From an uncultured Nitrososphaeria archaeon (GTDB lineage Archaea > Thermoproteota > Nitrososphaeria_A > Caldarchaeales > Wolframiiraptoraceae), in the NCBI GenBank assembly GCA_964540045.1, contig CAZILE010000001.1, positions 1 to 43,621 of the forward strand: DNA of 43,621 bases, read 5' to 3'. The notes beneath the pieces are model-generated. The model was given only the letters and a program-made list of their open reading frames with translations, was not told where the DNA came from and ran no database searches. Position 1 is the stretch's first letter, and every line of letters begins with the position of its first letter. A program made the position numbers and the translations under genes. Below are positions 35,621 to 43,348 of the stretch, piece after piece.

Positions 35621-36714
35621 TCTCCATCTAAGGGATTGAAGAGAATATCTCGTATTGAGGATGCCTTGAAGAACTCGGCTCCGAATCGCTTGAGGAGGGA
35701 TTGAATTGCTATCACGTCGCTCTTGGTGAAGGTGCAGTAATCATGAGCAAGTATAAGGAGCTCTGGATATCCGTAAATCAGTGGATCGCTCTTCAGCAGG
35801 CTCCCGAAAACCTCCTCGATCTTTCTATTGGTCGACGCATCTACTCTAAAGGCGTTGAGACCTGAGCTGAGCTTTGCGAGGAAGGTTTTGCCCAGAACCT
35901 TCACTTTCATCTCTATTTTCTTGATAAGCCAGGTCATGTCCACTAGGTAGGGGGGCTTAACCCCGACTCTATCCTCCGTGAACACCGCTGACCAGAACTG
36001 GAGGATGCTCGTCTTGGAGAATGCTAGAACATCGTTGCCTCCGGGCTTAGCCTTCTCGAGAATTCTTGAGACAAGCCAGAGAGGGTTGTCTAGAGGACCT
36101 GCTGAGAGCGAGCCATCCAGGAGGAGGATGTTGTCTCGGAAGCGCTCAACGACATATTCTTGGATTCTTTTCTCAAGAAGCCCTGCCAAGATCTTCTGAA
36201 CCGAACCGTCGAGCTGATAGTCCGAGAACTCGAGAGGCGTGAACTCCCCTAAGATCGATCCTAAGACCTCGGGCAGGTTATCATGGGTAAGATACGCTAT
36301 GAAGGGGCCTATTCGTTGAATCTCCAGTCCAAGCTCATTTCTAGTGACTATGCTCCCTCTTGCTCCGATCGCCAGCCCTCCTCTTCCAGCTGCAACGATT
36401 ATCGAGGAGGTATCTATGGCCACAACCTGCCTCTCAGCCGCATCTTCGAGAGGAATCTGGACCGTTGAGACATCTACTCTCTGAGCCTCCTCAAGAAGCC
36501 AGAGAGGCCAGTCATTTTGAGCAAGATCCTCTTCATGAAAATCTGTGGACTGAGCCCCGCCAGCTAGGCTGAGACTTCTTCTACCCGTCTCTAGGAAAGA
36601 TTTAAAGAGCTTCTCGAAGCCATTTAACTTGGGTTGAGTAAGTTGCCGCATGCCCCAGCTTTCCCCGATTTTATTGAGCTTACTGTGCTTATAAATGTTG
36701 CTCAATTTGAGCAA
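35608..36714 (-). CDS. nurA: NurA-like nuclease (RNase H-fold)
   Basis: NurA motifs VVAIDTSS, NILLLDGSL, GYPELLILAHD. 13-bp overlap with herA. The track start (36714) is TTG. ATG at 36651 (MRQLTQ) is more plausible and restores a 71-bp promoter region. Confidence 0.65.
   Translation of the reverse strand: MLKLSNIYKHSKLNKIGESWGMRQLTQPKLNGFEKLFKSFLETGRRSLSLAGGAQSTDFHEEDLAQNDWPLWLLEEAQRVDVSTVQIPLEDAAERQVVAIDTSSIIVAAGRGGLAIGARGSIVTRNELGLEIQRIGPFIAYLTHDNLPEVLGSILGEFTPLEFSDYQLDGSVQKILAGLLEKRIQEYVVERFRDNILLLDGSLSAGPLDNPLWLVSRILEKAKPGGNDVLAFSKTSILQFWSAVFTEDRVGVKPPYLVDMTWLIKKIEMKVKVLGKTFLAKLSSGLNAFRVDASTNRKIEEVFGSLLKSDPLIYGYPELLILAHDYCTFTKSDVIAIQSLLKRFGAEFFKASSIRDILFNPLDGEWRR
36689..36696. promoter_or_regulatory. 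Shared TATA-box candidate in the divergent nurA-herA / wH-paralogue-1 promoter
   Basis: TTATAAAT lies about 27-34 nt upstream of ATG 36723 (+) and about 38-45 nt upstream of ATG 36651 (-). Confidence 0.45.
36698..36714. promoter_or_regulatory. Perfect 17-bp palindrome (8-1-8), candidate operator
   Basis: TTGCTCAA-T-TTGAGCAA sits between the TATA candidate and ATG 36723. An extra half-site, TTGAGC, is at 36674-36679. Confidence 0.5.
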
Positions 36715-36722
36715 GATTCAAA

Positions 36723-37169
36723 ATGAGCAAAGAAGAGAAAATCAGGGTAGAGATCGTCATAGGGCCCGCTACGGTTAGGGTGGAGGCTCCACCCGACAAG
36801 CTTGAAGAAGCCGTAAAAAACGCCATCACGGCTTTAAAGTCAGCTCTACCTCAGCTTGGAGCGGAGATAGAGCAGGAGAAAGCGGCTGTGGCCAAGCCCG
36901 AGAAGCCCAAGCGCAGACCAACTCCAACATGCTCCGAGCTTATTAGAGGCTTGATCGAAGAGGGGTGGTTTGATGAGGCGAGAACCCTCTCAGAGGTTGT
37001 TCAAGAGCTTGCGAAGAGGGGTTATCATTATGATTCCACGGCGGTATCGCACAGTCTTCTTGATCTAGTTAGAGAACGCGCGCTCATAAGGGAAGGCGTT
37101 CCAAGGCGGTATACCTATCGTAAAGCCTCATTCGATCAGAGGGATCTTAAGCCGTCCACAGAGCTCTAA
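36723..37169 (+). CDS. Small winged-helix protein, paralogue 1 of 4 (unknown family)
   Basis: N-terminal KIRVEIVIGPATVRVEAPPDKLEEAV module, a K/P/E-rich linker, and a C-terminal wH (TLSEVVQELAKRGYHYDSTAVSHSLLDLVRERALIREGVPRRYTYR). Confidence 0.65.
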   Translation: MSKEEKIRVEIVIGPATVRVEAPPDKLEEAVKNAITALKSALPQLGAEIEQEKAAVAKPEKPKRRPTPTCSELIRGLIEEGWFDEARTLSEVVQELAKRGYHYDSTAVSHSLLDLVRERALIREGVPRRYTYRKASFDQRDLKPSTEL

Positions 37170-37202
37170 AGCATTGAGGCTAAGCAAGAGCACTTAACTA
37201 GT

Positions 37203-37718
37203 TTAACCTTCGCAACGTTCTCCGGATTCGGGCTTTGAATATTTATCTGCTAGATACTTTATGCCTAAAGTCGTTATCGTATAGTCTCCACGGTCAAGCC
37301 TTCTGAGAAGCTCAGCCTGAACCAGCTTGGTTAAGTTATTTAAGATTGTCTTCTTTTTCGCAGAGAGGCTTGATTCAAGCTCCATGGAGCTGATGTTCGC
37401 GCTCCCGATTCTCCCTAGCTTATACTCAAGATACTTCCTCAAGGCTAAAAATAGGATAGCGTCCGAAACTGATTTCAACTTGTTAAGACTCAGCTTGAAG
37501 AATATCCCTTCCTGCTCGTTGTAGGCGAGTATATTGCTGAAAGTCTCAAAGAGATCGCTCAGATCCATGCTGAATGAAATTTTTCTCGCCAGAGAGTAAG
37601 CTGGAAGAGCCTTCTCTATGAAGGAAACCACCTGCCGGTAGACCACCTCAGGAGGACCCGTGAACTCTGCCCCGAGATCACCATACCTTATGATTACCTT
37701 AAGTTCCTCGGAGCTCAT
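37203..37718 (-). CDS. Small winged-helix protein, paralogue 2 of 4
   Basis: N-terminal LKVIIRYGDLGAEFTGPPEVVYRQV module. C-terminal wH (ISSMELESSLSAKKKTILNNLTKLVQAELLRRLDRGDYTITTLG). 4-bp overlap with the upstream paralogue. Confidence 0.65.
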   Translation of the reverse strand: MSSEELKVIIRYGDLGAEFTGPPEVVYRQVVSFIEKALPAYSLARKISFSMDLSDLFETFSNILAYNEQEGIFFKLSLNKLKSVSDAILFLALRKYLEYKLGRIGSANISSMELESSLSAKKKTILNNLTKLVQAELLRRLDRGDYTITTLGIKYLADKYSKPESGERCEG

Positions 37719-38185
37719 CTCCTCTCACCAAACACCTCCTCTAACGAGCTAGATGTGAAGCCATATAATCCTTCGCCGGACTTGATCACGAGACCCGCCC
37801 TCCTAAGCTCGCTTAACCTAGCTCTTGTAACCCGCTCGTCCAGCCCCGTATATGCAGCGATCTCCTTCGGCGCAAGCTTATCCTTTTCGAAGAGACCGAG
37901 GGCTTTCCCGACATGAGCTGCTGCTAAGCATAGGAGGATCTTCCGCTTCGCATCCATCTCCTTGAGGATAATTATCCTCCCTTCCCTAAACTCAACGAGA
38001 CCCTCGAGCCTCTTAGCTAAGTCTGCGACATCGATAGCTCCGGTCAGCTTCTTGACTATCTCCAAGGCTGGATATGTTTCTGAAAAGAACTTGTTCACGC
38101 TTCTCCAGACGCTTTCATAATCTCCTTCAAACTCCACCTCGGTCTCATCATGTCTTATCATGACCTTAAGCTTCTCAGAGTTCAC
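37715..38185 (-). CDS. Small winged-helix protein, paralogue 3 of 4
   Basis: N-terminal LKVMIRHDETEVEFEGDYESVWRSV module. C-terminal wH (LAPKEIAAYTGLDERVTRARLSELRRAGLVIKSGEGLYGFT). 4-bp overlaps on both sides. Confidence 0.7.
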   Translation of the reverse strand: MNSEKLKVMIRHDETEVEFEGDYESVWRSVNKFFSETYPALEIVKKLTGAIDVADLAKRLEGLVEFREGRIIILKEMDAKRKILLCLAAAHVGKALGLFEKDKLAPKEIAAYTGLDERVTRARLSELRRAGLVIKSGEGLYGFTSSSLEEVFGERR

Positions 38186-38655
38186 CTAGCCTCACCACCC
38201 CTAAAGGCGCGCTCGACATACTCAATACCCTTTCTCAGGATTCGGAAAGCCTTTCGATCGTTCTGCTTTCCAGCTTCCTCCATGTATCCTTCTCGAATCA
38301 AGTTTGACATAACGTCCCGCGCATTGCCGGGCATCGGCCACCTCGCCTGCCGATAATAGTTCTCGACATCTTCGTAAGTTAGATCTCTGTCCTCCCGCTT
38401 ATAGAGATAATAAGCTATGGTGAGAAATTTCTCCCAATTCTTCTTAGGATTCAGGAGACTGGCGAACTCGACGAATGAAAGTTGCTCATCCACGAGAGGA
38501 GACCGCCTGCCTCGAAAGAGATGGCCCGATTCTTTGAGCTTTCCGAGAATAGCGTCGATCCAGCTTAGATTGGAGAGCCTTGATTCGAGAAAATCTTTAT
38601 CGCCCTCAAGCTCGAGCTCCAATTCCCCAAACTTCAATCTAACTTTGTATGACAT
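38182..38655 (-). CDS. Small winged-helix protein, paralogue 4 of 4 (first gene of the three-gene operon)
   Basis: N-terminal YKVRLKFGELELELEGDKDFLESRL module. C-terminal wH-like region (LTYEDVENYYRQARWPMPGNARDVMSNLIREGYMEEAG..AFRILRKG). Confidence 0.65.
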   Translation of the reverse strand: MSYKVRLKFGELELELEGDKDFLESRLSNLSWIDAILGKLKESGHLFRGRRSPLVDEQLSFVEFASLLNPKKNWEKFLTIAYYLYKREDRDLTYEDVENYYRQARWPMPGNARDVMSNLIREGYMEEAGKQNDRKAFRILRKGIEYVERAFRGGEAR

Positions 38656-38678
38656 CTGTGCTTCTCAGAAAGTTAAAC

Positions 38679-38689
38679 AGCTAATAGCT
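38679..38689. promoter_or_regulatory. 11-bp palindrome in the promoter region of the wH-paralogue operon
   Basis: AGCTA-A-TAGCT lies 24-34 nt upstream of the minus-strand ATG at 38655, next to a TATA-like CTATAAG (reverse strand, 38696-38703). Confidence 0.3.
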
Positions 38690-38776
38690 ATTAAGGCTTA
38701 TAGACCTAGCTGAAAATGCTTACTTGCGGGCAGTCAAGGCACTAGCTAAGCACGGCAAAGAAACTTGGAGAAAGGA

Positions 38777-40687
38777 TCATGCACGGCCGCTTTGGCCACG
38801 AACCGCCTTAGAGACCAGTTGATATAGTCTTGCTCCATCAACTCTTCCCCGATAAACCTTCATGATATCTCCCATAATTGTTGAGATCGCCTTTCTTGGA
38901 TTGGCTTTAACGAGGTTTTCATACTTTTCCAGAAGCTCTCTAACCCTGGCCTCCACTTCCTCCAAGCTGACAGGCTTCAGCCCAAGAGCGCTTATAGCGT
39001 CTTCAAGCCCCTTGTCAGGGTTCTCGGCAAGCCACTTTATGATCTCGGGGGCGGCCTCCTTTGCGACCACACCCTTTGAGACGAGCTTGAAGAACTTTAG
39101 CAAGTCTTCTTCCTTGACCAGCTCGACCTTAAATCCCTCTCGTTTCAAGCTTTTCATGTGCTCTACCAGTGTTGCTGCTATTACACTTGGCTGAACTCTC
39201 GTCTCCTCTACTATCCTCTCGAATAGCTCAACCTTCTCAGAGTCTATGAGCTCGTTCGCCGCCTGCCTACTTAGTCCGTACTTCTTCGAGAGCATCTCCG
39301 CGACCTCATCCAAGGTTGGTGGAAGCCTTCTTCTAACCTCCTCAATATACTCCTTCGGGAGCGGAAGAGGTGGGATATCTGTTTCCGGATACATTCTAGC
39401 CGCGCCCGGCCTCGGCCTCAGGTAGATCGTTGTCCCATCTGGTTTTGCCCCCCGAGTCTCTGAGGGAACGCCATACAGCGCCTCGATAGCCCTCTCTCTA
39501 ACCCTCTCAAGAGCATCTTCGGCGCGCTTCCGCTCGGCGGCCACCAAGACCACAGCGTCAAGGTCGCCCGCGTCAAACTCTGCTTTCAGTAGCTTCACTT
39601 CCTCCTCCGAGATTCCATAGCCCGGAAGCTCATCGGTGTGAAAGATTCCCTCAACCTCGGACCAAGCTCTAGCCCTTCCCGCTAGCTCCGCTCCAAGCCT
39701 TATTCCTGGAGCTGCCTCGAGTTTTAGTAGACCGCTGAACTTGGGAAGCTTTAAGGCCAGGACGACGGCCCCGCGATCGATCTTCCTCCTCAAGATCTTT
39801 GACCTTGTCTTGGAGAAGATGCTTGTAACATCTTTTATCGGCTCCCGTTTAAGGTCATCCTCTGAGACACCCCTCCTGCTAAGCTCGTCCCGTATTTTGA
39901 GGAGATGTAGCTGCCTCATCACCTCAAGTTCAACGACCTTTGGAAGAAGATCCAGCTCTTGGACACCCTTTATTTCTATTAAGGCGCCATCCTTTATCGA
40001 GATGTTCAAGTCCTGCCTGACCGTTCCTATCCCTCTTTTCACCTTCTTGGTCGCTCGTAGGACTCTGCCGATCGCGTAAGCCACCTTATATGCCTCCTCC
40101 GGCGAGGTTATCACCGGGGCGGTGGAGACCTCTATCAAGGGTATTCCGAGCCTAGAGAGGTCGTAGTGGACTTCATGTGGCTTCTGCTCGAGTATCCTCG
40201 CGGCATCCTCCTCAAGGGTTATTGTTTGAATCGGTACGATCTTCCCATTAACTCTCAGTTCTCCGCCTAAGGCTATGACGCAGGTTCTCTGGAAGCCCGT
40301 AGTGTTTGATCCATCAATAACGATCTTTCTCATGACGTGTATCTCGTTAACGGGATTGGCATTCATCAGGAGGGCGACCATTAGCGCGACTTCAACCGCC
40401 TCCCTGTTGAGGTTATGCGGAGGCTCTTCGTCCATCTCAACTAGGCAGGTATTCATGGTGTCCGCATGATAGACTATTTTCCTCCGTTTCCGGGACTCGA
40501 AGATTGCGGCTGGATCTACTTCGCCGAGCTCGCTCTGAGCTTCTCTAAGCCATCTGACGAAGATTATTTCTTTTCCACCCTCTCTGTGAGTTGTCGGACA
40601 ATCACAGAAGAGCTTATGCTGGGTATCGAGCTGCCTATGAATCTCAAGCCCAACTTTTAGACCGAGCTTCTCATAGTCTATCTCCAT
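38777..40687 (-). CDS. gatE: Glutamyl-tRNA(Gln) amidotransferase subunit E
   Basis: N-terminus YEKLGLKVGLEIHRQLDTQHKLFCDCPT is canonical GatE. 636 aa, with a GatB/YqeY-like C-terminal domain. Confidence 0.95.
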   Translation of the reverse strand: MEIDYEKLGLKVGLEIHRQLDTQHKLFCDCPTTHREGGKEIIFVRWLREAQSELGEVDPAAIFESRKRRKIVYHADTMNTCLVEMDEEPPHNLNREAVEVALMVALLMNANPVNEIHVMRKIVIDGSNTTGFQRTCVIALGGELRVNGKIVPIQTITLEEDAARILEQKPHEVHYDLSRLGIPLIEVSTAPVITSPEEAYKVAYAIGRVLRATKKVKRGIGTVRQDLNISIKDGALIEIKGVQELDLLPKVVELEVMRQLHLLKIRDELSRRGVSEDDLKREPIKDVTSIFSKTRSKILRRKIDRGAVVLALKLPKFSGLLKLEAAPGIRLGAELAGRARAWSEVEGIFHTDELPGYGISEEEVKLLKAEFDAGDLDAVVLVAAERKRAEDALERVRERAIEALYGVPSETRGAKPDGTTIYLRPRPGAARMYPETDIPPLPLPKEYIEEVRRRLPPTLDEVAEMLSKKYGLSRQAANELIDSEKVELFERIVEETRVQPSVIAATLVEHMKSLKREGFKVELVKEEDLLKFFKLVSKGVVAKEAAPEIIKWLAENPDKGLEDAISALGLKPVSLEEVEARVRELLEKYENLVKANPRKAISTIMGDIMKVYRGRVDGARLYQLVSKAVRGQSGRA

Positions 40688-42033
40688 CAGCTCACCTCCA
40701 TTTCCGATGGGAGGCTTCTCTCACCGAGCTCGCCCGCGATCGGGGTTAGCATAAGCCTTCTTATCTCGTCTAAGTCTCTAGCCCTTCCAAGGCACCATGA
40801 TAGCTTGATGTATGCCGTCTCAGGGAGCATGTCGTCTAGCGGAACGACCCCCGCTCTCAAAAGGTATCTCCCAGTGTCATAAACCCTCATGTTCACCCTG
40901 CCGAAGATGCATTGGGAGGTCATTCCGACGAATACTCCCCGCTCGATGAGCCCCCTGATTGTTGGGATGAGCCTGTTACTTACATGCCCTAATCCGCTTC
41001 CCTCCAAAATAATCCCCCTACAACCCCTCTCGTAAAGGAGATCGAGAAACTCTGGAGGCATACCTGGATAGAACTTGACTAGAGCCGCGTCTGGAGAGAA
41101 ACCTGGTTCAAAACGGTACTCTGTTGAGCCCCTCGGATTGAGGTTGCTTGAGTTAAGCTTGATCTCGCCCTCAACGACATAGGCTATAGGCTCACAGTTC
41201 ACGGATCTGAAGGCATTCCTGCTGCTTGTGTGAAGCTTTCTAACTCTGGTCCCCCTATGGATCGCGATGACCGTGTCTGAATGCCAGGCGTGCATGGAGA
41301 CGCATACCTCTCCAAATGGCGCATGTCCAGCCACTTTTACCGCTGCTATCAAGTTGGTCGCAGCATCGCTGGACGGTCTATCAGATGATCTTTGAGCTCC
41401 GACGAAAACTATGGGGATTGGAGGCTTCTGAAGAGCGAAGCTCAGAGCGGCGGCCGAGTAGCCCATAGTATCTGTTCCATGAGCAATCACGACTCCCTCG
41501 ACCCCATCTCGTATTAGTTTATCCGCTTCCGAAGCCATCTTGTTCCAGTGATCCACGGTCATGTCCTCACTGTAGATCGAGAAGAGTATCTTTGCATCAA
41601 GATCGGCTAAATCTGCTAGCTCGGGGACGATCGAGAGGAGATCATCGGCCGTTAACGCAGCTCTAACGCCTCCCGTTCTATAATCTATTCGACTGGCGAT
41701 AGTCCCGCCCGTGCTAATCACGACTACTTTTGGTAAACCTGGCTCGGCTGGAGGTCTCGGAGGCGGGACAAAGCTGGGTCTTTTCGCCGCTGCAACCTTC
41801 TTCACAAGCATCTTCTCCGAGACTTTTATCCCAATATTGTATCCGTTTGGGAGCTTAATCACGATATATCCGGGCTCAGCGAGCTCGTATCTCGCCATGA
41901 GCGTTCCTCGATAGATCTCTCCATCCACCCTAACCTCGATCTCATCTCCCACCGCAACCCCAGCGTTCTCTAGAAGCCTTCGAACTTCACCGGAATATCC
42001 TTGAAGCGTATCTTGATCGCTCACGATAGACAA
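40687..42033 (-). CDS. gatD: Glutamyl-tRNA(Gln) amidotransferase subunit D (asparaginase-like)
   Basis: Asparaginase motifs ISTGGTIASR and AHGTDTM. Its stop overlaps the gatE start by 1 bp. TTG start. Confidence 0.9.
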   Translation of the reverse strand: MSIVSDQDTLQGYSGEVRRLLENAGVAVGDEIEVRVDGEIYRGTLMARYELAEPGYIVIKLPNGYNIGIKVSEKMLVKKVAAAKRPSFVPPPRPPAEPGLPKVVVISTGGTIASRIDYRTGGVRAALTADDLLSIVPELADLADLDAKILFSIYSEDMTVDHWNKMASEADKLIRDGVEGVVIAHGTDTMGYSAAALSFALQKPPIPIVFVGAQRSSDRPSSDAATNLIAAVKVAGHAPFGEVCVSMHAWHSDTVIAIHRGTRVRKLHTSSRNAFRSVNCEPIAYVVEGEIKLNSSNLNPRGSTEYRFEPGFSPDAALVKFYPGMPPEFLDLLYERGCRGIILEGSGLGHVSNRLIPTIRGLIERGVFVGMTSQCIFGRVNMRVYDTGRYLLRAGVVPLDDMLPETAYIKLSWCLGRARDLDEIRRLMLTPIAGELGERSLPSEMEVS

Positions 42034-42148
42034 GCCTGAGGACGAGATATTAAGCCTTAAGCTCTAGGGAAATGAATAATTACTTAGTCATAAGAATGGC
42101 TTAAGCGCCATTAAAATTTTTAAGCCATTACTTTCTGAATCATCCTAA

Positions 42149-43348
42149 ATGGTGAGGTACAGCGTTCCAAGAAGAATAAGAGATGTTGAGCCTGAAGCTG
42201 CTTTTGCCGTCTTGAATATAGCTAAGAAAGTTGAAGCAACCGGTAGAAAGGTTGCGCACTTAGAGATAGGCGATGCGGGCTTCGATACTCCAGAACACAT
42301 CAAGCAAGCCGCGGTCGAGGCTCTTAGGCGAGGGGAGACACATTATACGCCCACGGTCGGGATCCCAGAGCTCAGGCAGGAGATAGCTGAGAGCGTGAGA
42401 AAGGATTATGGTGTCGAGATAGACTGGGAGAAGAACGTCGCCGTAACAAGCGGATGCAAGCAAGCGATTCTCGCATCAACACTCTCAATACTCGAGGAGG
42501 AGGATGAAGCATTATACCCAAATCCTGGCTATCCCGAGTTTGAGGCTGCTGCAAGGCTCGCCGGAGCGAAACCTGTTCCCTACAGGCTCAGCATAGAAGA
42601 TGAGTTCAGGGTTGATCCGGATAAGCTCGCGGAGCTTATAACCCCGAGGACGAAGCTCGTTGTGATAAACAGCCCTCACAATCCCTGCGGATCAGTTATG
42701 CAACGGGAGGAAGTTAAAGCGCTGGTAGACCTCTCCGAGGACCACGGCTTCTACATACTCTCGGACGAGGTTTATCGGCCCTTCCTCTTCGACGGCGAGC
42801 AACATTATTCACCCTTATCTGTGAAAGGGTCTCTCGATCGCATCATCATAGCTGATGGATTCTCGAAGCGCTACGCGATGACGGGGTGGAGAATAGGCTA
42901 CGCGCTGATCCCGGAGGAGCTTATGCCTCAAGTCTTTAAGCTATTGAATGTGATGACCTCATGCCCGAACTCGATCTCTCAGCGAGCCGCCTTAGCAGCC
43001 TTGAAGGGCCCTCAGGATCCGGTGTATGAAATGAAGAAGGGCTACGAGCTGAGGAGGAATCTGGCTGTGGAGAAGCTGTCAAAAGTTGAAAGCGTGAGAT
43101 TCGTTAAGGCTAAGGGTGCGTTTTACATGATGATAGATGTCCGTAAGCTTCTCGAAAAATTGAAGATGAATTCCGAAGAGTTCGTGAGAATGCTGATAGA
43201 GAAATACGGGGTAGCATTCCTCCACGGCACAGCCTTAGGTTCCTATGGGGAGGGATACATTAGACTAAGCTTCTCGGTCACAGAGGACAATATATCAGAG
43301 GGGCTAGAGAAGTTCAGGCAGGCTGTCAGCGAGATACTCAGACCCTAG
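42149..43348 (+). CDS. Class I pyridoxal-phosphate-dependent (aspartate-type) aminotransferase
   Basis: NSPHNPCG, SDEVY, and the PLP-lysine context GFSKRYAMTGWRIGY. Confidence 0.9.
   Translation: MVRYSVPRRIRDVEPEAAFAVLNIAKKVEATGRKVAHLEIGDAGFDTPEHIKQAAVEALRRGETHYTPTVGIPELRQEIAESVRKDYGVEIDWEKNVAVTSGCKQAILASTLSILEEEDEALYPNPGYPEFEAAARLAGAKPVPYRLSIEDEFRVDPDKLAELITPRTKLVVINSPHNPCGSVMQREEVKALVDLSEDHGFYILSDEVYRPFLFDGEQHYSPLSVKGSLDRIIIADGFSKRYAMTGWRIGYALIPEELMPQVFKLLNVMTSCPNSISQRAALAALKGPQDPVYEMKKGYELRRNLAVEKLSKVESVRFVKAKGAFYMMIDVRKLLEKLKMNSEEFVRMLIEKYGVAFLHGTALGSYGEGYIRLSFSVTEDNISEGLEKFRQAVSEILRP

Noticed and set aside
36652-36714. 21-codon N-terminal extension of the NurA-like ORF (MLKLSNIYKHSKLNKIGESWG).
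   Set aside because: It initiates at TTG, leaves only 8 nt to the divergent gene, and would place a TATA element and a perfect palindrome inside coding sequence. ATG at 36651 is the more parsimonious start.
42095-42112. Inverted repeat AATGGC-TTAAGC-GCCATT and repeated TAAGCC strings in the gatD/aminotransferase divergent region.
   Set aside because: It is a short 6-bp stem in an AT-rich promoter region and is adequately explained as promoter or operator background. There is no further structure or repetition elsewhere in the window.
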